The translations under genes and the position numbers were made by a program. A DNA stretch of 64,000 nt from Octopus sinensis (taxonomy: Eukaryota): NCBI RefSeq assembly GCF_006345805.1, contig NC_043006.1:90830001-90894000 (forward strand), given 5' to 3'. Positions 13,425 to 24,697 of the stretch are shown piece after piece. The notes under the pieces were generated by a model, which was not told where the DNA came from, did no database searches, and was given only the letters and a program-made list of their open reading frames with translations. Each line of letters begins with the position of its first letter. Position 1 is the stretch's first letter.

Positions 13425-13598
13425 ATATTTTACGTGATGATCCTGAATGGAACCCATGGGGGGAAGAATTTGAAAATGGGGAAGAAGCACGATATGAAGC
13501 CCCCCAATGGAAAGTAGAAAACCCAGTTGTGAAAAGTAATAAAACAAATAACAATTCTCAGGAATTTGTTGTAGAAATCTGGGGCAAAGCTGCTATAG
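13425..13598 (+). CDS. RXYLT1: Internal coding exon of ribitol-5-phosphate xylosyltransferase 1 (RXYLT1/TMEM5) ortholog; equivalent to vertebrate exon 2
   Basis: Acceptor ttgtaaattccAG at 13423-24 and donor GTaaga at 13599. 174 nt, phase 1/1, open frame: ILRDDPEWNPWGEEFENGEEARYEAPQWKVENPVVKSNKTNNNSQEFVVEIWGKAAI-G. Matches recalled human TMEM5 EEWNPWEG...SVQIWGKAAIG, including an intron inside the Gly codon. Confidence 0.93.
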
Positions 13599-14841
13599 GT
13601 AAGATATTTTTTACATTTTTGAGAGATTTTAAATTGTAATTTTATACAGTCGTATTTTTCTGTTAACTTCTTTGCATAGACTCTTGTCATGTCGAGCTAA
13701 GAAGCTTAATTTTATTTACAAAGATCTATTACACACATTTTTAGTGTACAGTGAAGTAAAAGAAAATTTCCATCAAATAATGATCAATTTTAGAATAATT
13801 GAGAAATGATATATTATGGAAAATATAAATCTTGAGAAGTGATTATGTATGAAGAAAAATAATGTAAAAAGTAAACCATAATATTTAGCATTTTTGTAAA
13901 CAGATGTGTCAATATTTGAATGATGCCTCTTGCCAGAAAATTAATATTGAAGTAATGTACATAAAACTAATAGGTTCCATGTGTTTGCATTCTTCTTCCT
14001 TTTTTCTTATGTAAACTACTGAAAAGCTAAAATTATTTTAAACTCTTCAATTAAAAATAACATTTGCTTATTAAATTGGTTATGCTTTTATATTTCATTT
14101 TCAGTAAATAAGCTCACTAAATCTCTATATATAATATTACTCATGCAAAGTAATACTTCTCTAGCCTAAAACAGCTATCAGCTCTACTATGTAACTCAAC
14201 TGTCATAAAGTTTAAACAAGGTGACTCTAAATTAGAATCTGCAATTTCACTGTTAACAAAATGACCTTTGTCTGGGAATTGTCTGCGTAAGAAAGTTAGA
14301 AGGGTTGTGTACAAAGCTATATAACTTTAAACATATCCCGTGTACATAGCTTAATGTGTATTACACCAGGGAACTGTCTACTGGTGTTATTCCTAAAAGC
14401 AAAAGTCTGTTGGTGCTATGTGATGCAGCAGTATTGCCATTAAGATTTATTTATTTATTTTTTTACCAAGCACAGGGCTGGTGTTTTTTTTTTTTTGCTT
14501 TAAAGGGAAATTAAATGCAGCCATGCAGATACCCTTTATGATCATGTATTACCACTCAGTATATTATTGGTTATTATTTGATGACAAAAAGCAACATTAG
14601 CCTCAAGTTAATACATGGACTTGAAATATTTATTATTATAATTTTTAGAAGTGAGTATTGATATTCATTTTGCACACTTTAACCAGTTTTTTTTATATTG
14701 TTAAATAGATTAAGTAAATGTACTAAATTTGTACACAACTCGTAAAGAATTTTGAAATGAAAAGCTCACAATTTTTCTGAGTTACAACATGAGTTCTCAA
14801 ACTTCATGTTGTAATTAAATCCCATAACAACACAAGCTCTC

Positions 14842-14950
14842 TTAACTCTTTAGCATTCAGATTATGCTGTTAAATGTAATGCTTATTTATTCACATTGCT
14901 TTGAATTTATCATGAATTATGTTGTAGCTATGAGATTTTGATGATGTGGA
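14842..14950 (+). repeat. Dispersed repeat beginning TTAAC(C/T)CT, probable terminus of a TTAA-type (piggyBac/Kolobok-like) non-autonomous DNA transposon
   Basis: Same sequence (tagcattcagatta..aaatgtaatgcttatttatt..gaattaatcatg..agctttgagattttgatgat) recurs inverted at about 22020-22150 and about 56520-56640. Confidence 0.55.
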
Positions 14951-15114
14951 AGTACCAAGAGTTTCATGCATGGGCTCTTATCGAACACAGTACTCTCAGC
15001 CCTTGAGTTACTCTGTAACTTTTGACAATTATTAACATTAAGAAAATATACCCATGTTTTGAGTCCTGTTTTCCAACTTGTATCACCAAACCTTTATATG
15101 CGCATATATCATAG

Positions 15115-15260
15115 CTTCATCATCATCATTATTATCATCATCCTTTTTACCCCTGCTGGCATGAGTTGGATGGTTAGACAAGAACAGATGAGCCAGAAGC
15201 TATGTCTGCTTTGGCATGGTTACTACAGCTAGATGTCTTTCCTAATGCCAATCACTTGGA
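15115..15260 (-). mobile_element. RTE-type 3' tail fragment (family D, working label)
   Basis: Reverse complement of the tail at 8250-8475, preceded by (ATC)n. Confidence 0.7.
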
Positions 15261-17208
15261 GAGAAAGAGAGAATATATTTTCTATGTGAACAGATACTTT
15301 CTACAAAGATGTTTGAATAGATATACAGTTGAACAATTATCTCTTTATTATTCTTAATATACTATAACTTAATCTACTTGCGAAACCCACTTTATTTGCA
15401 TCATTATAAGGAACAGTATAAGACAATGTGTTTTAGCATAAAGAAGCATGATTATATTGGCAAATTGTGAATGATATTTGCAATATTGAAGTTTTTAAAT
15501 GCTTTTAGTTCCAATTTTTGTTATGAATAATTAAATAATCCGTGGGTCACAAATTCATTGAATATTCTTTGTTGTTCTAAGAGAAATGATGAAAAATAAC
15601 TACTAGGCATGTCAAAAAGTTTGAATTATGTTCTGCTGGAAAAGAAGCCTTAAAATTTGATTATATACATCCAATAGCTTTTTCATACATATAAAGATTA
15701 AGTTTTTCATATTACAAAAACAAAAAAAAAAGCGAACATAAATGAATAAATTGACAAAAATCATTGTTGTAAATCGATGTTAGCAACATACCTAAATATA
15801 TCACTCTATCAAATTCCTGCCATATTATCTTGATGGAAACAAACCAATTTAAATTATAATCCAATAAATTGGTTGGAGAAATTGTGCTACGTATTGAATT
15901 TTGAAAAATGTACTTTTTATTTGTAAGGTGTTTGACAATTCTACAGCAATTTTTGTTGGCGGGAGAAAAAAATTCAATATATCATTTTTGATAAATTTAA
16001 TAGCTTGCATCTTTATTGATATTGATGAGCATTGTAGCCGAAAAAGATGATTTATGGCTAGGATTACTAGAAACTGATGACTAAGACTCAACAATATTGT
16101 CTTGGAATATGAATAATCTATATATCTGTTCATTATTTATTTATTCTTTCCATTGAAATTATTTTCTTATGTTTAACATTTTTGAAGACTAAAATGACTG
16201 TTGAAATCATTAATCAATAGCAAAATGTATTTCAATATATGGTTTAGAGATAATCAATAGGATAAATACCATGAGAGCAATTCTATTCTTTTCTACTGAA
16301 GAAAAACACTGTAATGATTAGTGTAATCACAGAAGCCAACTTGAAGACTTGTGAGTGTGTGTGTGTGTGTGTGAGTGTGTGTGTCCCCACTGTATGCCAG
16401 TTAAAGTGGAAAGTGGATGTAAAATGATGATATATGTATATATATAGGTATAGTCATATATGTATATGTAGATACACACGCACTCACTCACAAAATTATC
16501 AAAATTTACCTGTTTAAAATGATTAATTTTATGATGGCATTAAAAATCGCATTTTCTTATGGAAAAATTGAGTTGAGTTTTTCATTTTTGTGTGTTGCTG
16601 TATTGTGAAAAAAAAGAAAAAAGAAAAAGTAAGAAATGATAATGGAATGTAAATATGACATTAATACAAACAGAATTGCCTACTTAAAGAATCCAAGAAA
16701 ATGCTGTCGGGATCAATGGACTAGTCTCAAGTGTTATGAAAGACTAATTAACTGCATATGTGTCAAATATTTGACAAAGAGACAATCTCTCTTGAAATGT
16801 AATAGTTTGAGCAGATTTATTTATTGATAGACAGCAGGAATTTCAAATAACTTTAAAACTATAAACTTGTCATTGCATGTCTCCAGTATGTACCTGCATG
16901 CAGGTATGTTAGTAAATCAGTATGGCATTTAATGCTATAAGATATATTATGCGTTTGTGTGTAGTGAGCATGCATGGGTACTTATGTGCAGGTTCATGTG
17001 AGTACATTAAAAGTAAACATAAAATGGTTTATGAAAACAAGACACACACACAAACACACTCACGCGTGCAGGTAAATCAATGACAAGCAACTGGTTGTGT
17101 TATCCTGTTCATTGAAATATAAGATACAAATATTTCTGTGCAAATATTTCTGATACAGTGATTTGTTGAATGAGAAAGGAAGATTTATTATTTCCTGAAG
17201 AAGAAGTT

Positions 17209-17800
17209 GTCATCATCATTTAATGCTCATTGTCCATACTGGCATGGGTAGGATGGTTTGACCAAAGCTGGCAAGCAGGGGAGCTGCACCAGACTCTAGT
17301 CTGATTTTGCTTGGTTTCTATACCTGGATGTCCTTCCTAATGCCAACCACTTTACACAGTGTACTGGGTGCTTTAACATGGCACTGCATGGGCATTTTTA
17401 TGTGGCATTGCCACAGGTGCTTTTCACCACCAGAGGGACCAGTCTTAACACTTCTGTTGTGGAGTGTGGGTCTTCTTGAGTACTGGAAGGCACCAGGCAT
17501 CTCGGTCCTTTGTCATCTTGCCTGAAGGGTTCAGCATCCTGAGGCTGTTCTTCAATACTTCATCCCATGACTTCCTGGGTCTCCCACTTCCATGTACTCC
17601 ATCAATTTTGAGAGGTCAGCACATCTTCATGGAGCTGTTAGCATCCATCTGCATCACGTGACCAAACCAGTGTAGTCTTCTCTCTTGCACACAGCAACTA
17701 ATTCCTCTTATGTCTAACTTCTCTCTCAAAACACTAGCACACTGTCAAACATATACATTTACATTACACATACGGTGGAGCATTGAAGGCTCCATTTCTG
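17209..17800 (-). mobile_element. 3' end of RTE LINE with tail
   Basis: Minus strand: VQERRLHWFGHVMQMD...GSGRPRKSWDEV, then the conserved tail and (GAT)n. Confidence 0.8.
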
Positions 17801-18359
17801 TTGACTCTTAATACCTAGTTTTTACTACCTAATAAGCTCAAGCGTAACAATTTTTTGTGTTAGAAAATTCCTAACAATAGGATGAATAGTTAAAATCCTT
17901 TTCATTTCAAATTATGTATGTTATCTGTGACTTTCAGACCTAATTATGCTCTCTGACTGGCAAAATGCTTGCCCTTCTTGAAGCATATAGCAGAGTTTTA
18001 AGCTGCGAATTGAAGAGTGCTGGCTCTTGTGAAACCGTCCCACCCATGCTAGCAATGTCTTATATCATCCTCATCCTATTTGAGATTACCTTGTATGCAT
18101 GGATTGGATTCTACTCTTCTAAAAGTTCCAGATCGATTTATGTTTCGTAGGTGGAAATTACACAAAAACTGTGTGAAAGTCTAAAAGCAGTGTCAATCAC
18201 TAAATGTGGATGGAATGTGTAGAAGGAGCCCCTAGAAGACATCTAACAAATTATTGTAATCTGATTTCATGATGAACCTCACTCAAAAGATGACAAAGGA
18301 TTGAAATGATTTGAGATTTGTTGTGCTCAAGAAGACCTATCTGTTACAGTGAAAGTGAG

Positions 18360-19500
18360 ATCCTAAAAGTATTATGTTTATGGCTGTACACTCACTGGAC
18401 CCTGTCTTTTTCAAGTCTTTCCCATACTCATCCATCCTTCTACCACTGTTCTAATTCTGGCACTATGAGCAACTTTAATCATATGGGAGCAGAATATCTA
18501 TTTCAGTCCACTTTGTTCTACCAGTTGCCCCTCTCTCTCCTTTAAAATCCATTTTGCATTCTCAGTATCATCCCTTCCCAATTTATTTTCCACTGATCAC
18601 CATTTTTTGTTCCTCCAGTTGTCTCTTACTCTCTTCTGAGCTACATCTTAAGACTGCCATATCTCATCTTTAACACCCTCGTTCCTATCTGCAGTTGACA
18701 ACCTACCCTCTTTGTCCTCCTCTCATTACAGCTACCCCAATATATCTCTGACATCCATCTCTGTCACTGTACATCTCTGTTTCTCACTACCACTTTCTTA
18801 TCCTGCTCAGCACCTCCCTATCTTCCGATCTGTCTACTGGTTTATTGTACTGCTGCTCTCCATCTTTCCTGTACTGCAACTTATCACTTTCTCCTTCCTG
18901 AGCCACTCCCTAATTCTTTCATCCCCACCCTATCCCCATTCTGATATTTACTATCTGTGACACCACCCTTGTTCATCATTCTCTACATTCACTTCTACCC
19001 CATCTCTAGTCATCTGTCACTTCCTTCTCACACTCTTATGAACTTATTTAACCACCCTCCCCAGTTATTTGTCCTTGTTCTCTCTTATGCTCACTTTCTA
19101 CTATGAGAGTATGCATGTCACCACATCTTTTGTCTTCCTTCCAGCTACTCCCACGCAGCTTCTCCCACCCTTTTATAACATGTTGTAGCTCTGTATTCTC
19201 TTTATAGCAAGACACCTGTATTTGTTCCTCTATTATACTTTAGTCTCTCAACACTTGCTATAAAGTCAGCTCCCTTCCTGTCAGAAGCCCACTTAGTTGA
19301 GGAATCTTTTTTTCTTTGACTTGCAAGTTACTTGGTGACCTCACTAGTGCTGGTGTTACGAAAAATGCACCTAGCAGACTCTGTAAAAATCCAACCTTAA
19401 AAGTCATGCCAAAGCAGAATTACAGCAGACCTCTGACTTGGATTCTGTCAAACTGTCCAACCTGTACCAGCATTGCAATCAGACATTGTATGATGAGGAT
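18360..19500 (+). mobile_element. RTE-derived element: ~0.9 kb pyrimidine-rich spacer followed by RTE-type tail
   Basis: C/T-rich tract 18370-19270, then gcaagttacttggtgacctcactagtgctgg...aaactgtccaacc..ccagcat tail. Same architecture at 26795-27760. Confidence 0.6.
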
Positions 19501-19559
19501 TTTATTTATTTGTGTGTGTGTATGAAATAGAGAGAGAGAGAAAGTATGTATATATATAT

Positions 19560-19960
19560 ATCATCAGCATCATTGTTTCTTACATCCCCTTTTCCATGCT
19601 TGGATGGGGCAGATAGAATTTTATTGAGGTGGATTTTCTATGGCCATATGCCTTCCCTGTTGCCAGCCCTCAACTGTTTCCAAGTCAGGTAATATTTACC
19701 TCATGGCTGCTGGACATGTTTTTTCACAGAAGATTAGAAACAAAGTGGCAATCATTTACAACTATCACATGGTGTCAAATGCAAGAAGACAATAACATGC
19801 ACATGTACACACACACACACACACACACACACATCTATGACAAGTTTTTTTAGTTTCTGTCTACCAAATCTCTTCATAAGGTTTTGGTTGCCAAAGCGTC
19901 ATGCAGTGGTATTAAACCTGGAACCATGTGGTTGGGAAGCAAGCTTCTTACCACACTGCC
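19560..19960 (-). mobile_element. Two abutting SINE-like fragments (RTE-tail variant plus family B head)
   Basis: 19585-19800 resembles 52130-52310. 19820-19960 is the reverse complement of the family B head (gtggcagtgtggtaagaagcttgcttcccaaccacatgg). Confidence 0.6.
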
Positions 19961-20078
19961 ACATCTTTATGAGTATATCTTTAACTGATATATATAGCCA
20001 GAAGAAATGCCCCAATAATAATAATAATAACGATGATGATGATGGTGACGACGATATGAGAGAGAGAGAGAGATAGAA

Positions 20079-20835
20079 GCAGCACCCAGGAACAAGTGCT
20101 GAAAACTAATTACACCCAGTTCCAAATAAATAAAAGTAGCAAATTGCCCCTTCATAGGATGTGTGGCAGCAGAAATGAAACAATCTCACATATCGTGAGT
20201 GAGTGTAGCAAGCTGGCTCAAAGCACTACAAAAGGAAGTATAACGTGGCTAGGTTTGTCCACTGGAGGTTATGTGTAAAGTACAGCCTGAACAGAGCACA
20301 GAAATGGTACTAACATGAACCAGAAGAACAAGGAACATGAGATACTGTTGGATTTATAATCCAATGTGACTCCCTAATCAAGGCTCAGAGACCAGATATT
20401 CTTGTGATAGATAAAGGAAAAAAGAGGAAACTAAAATCATAGATGTAGCAATACCTGGAGATGCATGCAAAAGTGACAAACAATGAGAAAAGATTGAAAA
20501 GTACAGACTACTAAAAGATGAAATTGCAAGAATGTGGACTATAAGGAGAGTGTCTGTCATTCCAGTAGTTGTGGGGGCACTCAGGGCACTGACAACCAAG
20601 TTTGAGAAATATGTCAGAGAAATCAGAATTGACATGAGAGCAGAGGAAGCCTGCTATGCTAGGGACAGCTAGGATTTTGAGATTGGTACTTGGATGTTCA
20701 ATGTCTCCCACAATAATTAACAACCAAGTATCAAAGCTTATATTGTGTGGAAAGAGACCCTGTGAGACCTCTGACAGCAGGCTACTGTTCGCTCTCACAG
20801 AACCTGCCAGAAGTAAAACAATGATGATGATAATA
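20079..20835 (+). mobile_element. 5'-truncated R4/Dong-like (RLE-type) non-LTR retrotransposon 3' end
   Basis: QEQVLKTNY, CCHC-type knuckle region RMCGSRNETISHIVSECSKL, restriction-like endonuclease RPDILVIDK...IIDVAIPGD...EKIEKY, C-terminal VIPVVVGAL...MLGTARILRLVLG. Ends in (ATG/AAT)n and is flanked 5' by (AAT)n. Confidence 0.85.
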
Positions 20836-20837
20836 AT

Positions 20838-21052
20838 CCTTTCAACTATAGGCACAAGGTCTGAAGTTTTGTGGGAAGGGCTAAGTTGATTGCATCAACC
20901 CCCATTACTCAACTGGTACCTATTTCACCAACCCCAAAAGGATGACAGGCAAAGTGGACCTTGGTGGAATTCAAACTCAGAATTAAAGAGAGGCAAACTG
21001 CCACTAAGAATTTTGCCCAGCTTGCTGATGATTCAGCCAGCTTGCCACCTTA
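20838..21052 (-). mobile_element. SINE family C, near full length
   Basis: Reverse complement begins aaggtggcaagctggctgaatc and ends gccttgtgcctatagttgaaagg-(ATT). Confidence 0.75.
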
Positions 21053-21059
21053 ATAGTTA

Positions 21060-21092
21060 TTATAATAATTATTATTAATAATAATAATAATA

Positions 21093-21187
<95 letters not shown>

Positions 21188-21190
21188 TAC
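21060..21190. repeat. (AAT)n/(ATT)n microsatellite with several strand switches
   Basis: Direct reading. Confidence 0.95.
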
Positions 21191-22924
21191 TACGTGTTAT
21201 TCATTGCGCTTGGTTTGCACAGGCACTTTCTTATCACATGTTATTTTATCCCTGCAGGGTCAACAAAATAAAGTACCAGTCTTGTTCTAGTGATGATACT
21301 GAATCATTTCTTTGTGCATAAATGACAAACCTCAAAAATGCTTGCATAAATCAGAAATGTCTATTGGTGTTGTTGGTGTTGTTAAAACATAACCATTTTT
21401 TATTAATTTATTTTGATTATTGAAATTTTAAAAATGTTCAGCATCAATTAATCTTCATTCATTATTTTGCTTTCTTGGTAAACTGACTTTATTAATCAGA
21501 CTAGCCTTAATTTTTCAACTGTGCTAAAAAATGATCAAACAACTGTGAATAAAAGTTTTAAGATATTAGCAGTTTGACTAATATTTAATGTCTACTTGAA
21601 GTTCATATGGTCTTTATAATTGCAGAGTCATATTTTAGTTTTTTGAGAAAAATCGACTTGATGTTTTCATTTCAATATTTTTTTTATTGCTTGGTTTATA
21701 TTTTTCTTTCCTCTAAGATATATTTCTTTGGGAAATAAGTATTTAGTCAAAGTATTTAAATTAAGCAAAAATATCAATATTTTTCATTATAGCTGTATAT
21801 AGACATTTCATTCATGCTGCCATTTCTTTCCTATCCCCCTGTTTTCATTATTGGTTTGGCTTAGAGTTGGAGATTTGGGTCTATACCCTTGGCCTTCTTT
21901 TGTGGTTAGTCAGATTGATTTTCCTCTTGAACATTTCCATCTGTAAAAAAGATTATGTTGGCAAGAAATTCTTGAAGGTCAGCACCCTGGGAAAAAAAGA
22001 TTGGAGGTAGGAGTCAGTGTGGTGTCATCCTTAAAATAAACGATCGTATCATCAAAATCTCAAAGCTATGAGATAATGCATGATTAATACAAAACATTGT
22101 GTATAAATAAGCGTTACATATTGGCAGAGTAATCTGAATGTGGAAGGGTGAAATCATAACAATTGTATTTTTAAGGTGTGAAGTAATCCAAGAAACAGCA
22201 AGGGATGAAACTTTTATGACATTCATTAAAGATGATAGAAATTTGGTTATGAAAAGAAGCTAATTTCTCAAAAAACATTTTGCATTGTGTTTATTTTAAG
22301 TGATATGAAGTTTGGCAAATTTAACTCCCCCCCCCTCTCACCTCTACTCTTGTTTGCTTTCCTTGTATGTATATGTATTTTTGTGTGTACATAAGGCTTC
22401 TGTTGGACAAGGTTAACTATCTGCATCTGGAAAGTTTCTTTCCAAGATATAGATAGCCTTGAACAAGTATTTTTATGCAAGGCCAGTAGTTAATCATGCA
22501 GCAAATTCTTCACTCCATGTCACTCATGTTGCCCAAAAGAATGATCAAGTTCAGTACTGCTTGGAACTGGTGTTGTTGGAGGCATTGCCTCCAGAATAGA
22601 AAGAACAAGAACAGATATCACAAAGCATCTCAGCTGAAACAATTCGTCCAATTCCATGTGAGTTGAGAAATAGGCTACTCATTAGAGATATTGGTTGGTG
22701 TAGTAAGTTTTATGCCTTTAATAGTCTGAGTTTATAAGACTACTTCGGGATTTATTTGCTGAACCAATGGTAGGAGTAGTTGATATTCAGTTTCTGGAAT
22801 CGAGTAAAACTTGGAGACAGGCAAACAGACAGTCAAGTTTACTCAGGAATGACTGAGAACAAGTATATCAGTCTACTTGAAAATCATATTTGAACTACTG
22901 GAAACTAACAAATGTTGGTTTCAG

Positions 22925-23136
22925 AATTTGATACAAAGCCAGTAATTTCAGGGGTAGTGGGGTGCTAAATTAATTACATCAACCCCAGTTCTCAACTGGT
23001 ACTTATTTTATCGACCCTGAAAGGATGAAAGGCAAAGTCTATGTTGTTGTAATTTGAACTCAGAACTTTCAGACAAACAAAATGCCTCTAAACATTTTGC
23101 CTGGTGTTCTAACAATTCCACCAGCTCACCACCTTA
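22925..23136 (-). mobile_element. SINE family C
   Basis: Homologous to 20838-21052. Confidence 0.75.
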
Positions 23137-23591
23137 GACTAATGGTAATATTGACAATAAAATGGTTTCAGTTTTGTCAATCAATGAGTGATAATTTAAT
23201 TTGAATAGATTGCTTTGAAATTATTTCATATATTCATTATCTCTGAAGGCATTTCTTGATTAAATTCGTAAATGTTAGCACTTCAACATTTGGAACTATT
23301 GTTAACCATTTCCCATTTCAATCACTAGTAAGCTTTTACGAGACATTTTAGTGTAAGCATAAAACATGCTATTGTTGAAAACTTAAAACATATCAATTTG
23401 GCCAACAAGGTTTTTTTTTTATATATCCAGTGTTGTATTATACAATACATGTTTCTTTTTTATTAGATTGTAGGGTGTAAAATGTGAAATATTTGACTCC
23501 TACTTCTGGCTAGAGAGGTTTCTCTTGTTAGCTCAAATAAAGAGCTTGGAAACATGATGTCTTTCAGAATCGTATTTTGAACAAGTAATGA

Positions 23592-23908
23592 AAGCATATG
23601 GCTTAGTGGTTAGAGTATTTGGCTCACAATCAGAAGGTCATGAGTTCTGTTCCTGACAGCTTGTTGTATCCTTGAGCAAGATTCTTTATTTCACATTGCT
23701 CCAGTCCACTTAGCTGGCAAAAATGAATAGTACCAGTATTTCAAAGAGCTAGCCTTGTCACATTCTGTGTTATGTGGAATCTCCCTGAGAACCACATTAA
23801 GGGTACATGGGCTGTTGACTGCTCAGCCACTTGAAAAGTAATTCCACAGGCAAGCTTTACCATTGAGATCAGACCAACTGGAACTCTTGTTGTAACTGTC
23901 AGAGTGCC
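23592..23908 (+). mobile_element. tRNA-derived SINE, family A-related (working label)
   Basis: A box tggcttagtggttag, B-box-like gagttctgttcc, body with agccttgtcacattctg...ctcagccactt...aactggaac. Confidence 0.7.
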
Positions 23909-23952
23909 AGTATTTTCAACAAGTGAGTGATATTTAGTAACAATCTTTTTTG

Positions 23953-24092
23953 TTCTGCTTTTAAATCCTGCTGAGGTTAACTTTGTTGTTCATCCTTCTG
24001 AGGTCAATAAAGTGAGTGCTAGTCAAGTACCTGGGTCAGTGTTGACTATACTTGAAGCCCAGAATTTGAGGCCTTGTGCTTATGTTAGAAAT
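23953..24092 (+). mobile_element. SINE family C, 5'-truncated
   Basis: ctgaggttaactttg..catccttctgaggtcaataa..gaggccttgtgct; inverted relative to 22925-23136. Confidence 0.6.
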
Positions 24093-24646
24093 CAATATCT
24101 TCACTTTCCTTCAGCTCTGGTGTTGCCATATCTCTTGGCAGGTTGAACAAATCATTATGTGTACCAACTAATATGGAATGTGCATCTGTGAAAATTTTTT
24201 TGATTTGAAGACATTCACTTAAAATAAACTTGATGTCTTACAACCATTATATTAAAATTTATTAAACTCAAAATTACCAGCTGCACTTTCATTTTTCCCT
24301 TTTTTTATCTCCACTGATCACTCCAGAGTTTCTGATGGTTTTTTAGCTTTTTTGGACATCTTATTGAAGCAAAATTTAAAAGGTTAAATAATATTTCAGT
24401 CTGATTCTGGATAATTTAAATGACAGAAATTTAGATTAAGGTGAACTTCTAAGCTGAGATTTACTGATGAAATGGCTTTGCTTCCAAAATGGCATAAGCA
24501 ATCAAGAAAACTAATTATTTATTTCTGTAAAAGAAAACTGAAATTATTTAAGCATTATGAGTTCATTCTTTTGTAAATGTATTGGAAAGCTATATATATG
24601 TACAATGAAGTGGATGATGATGATATAAATATACATATGTACATAT

Positions 24647-24647
<1 letters not shown>

Positions 24648-24693
<46 letters not shown>
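24648..24693. repeat. (CA)n microsatellite
   Basis: Direct reading. Confidence 0.95.
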
Positions 24694-24697
<4 letters not shown>

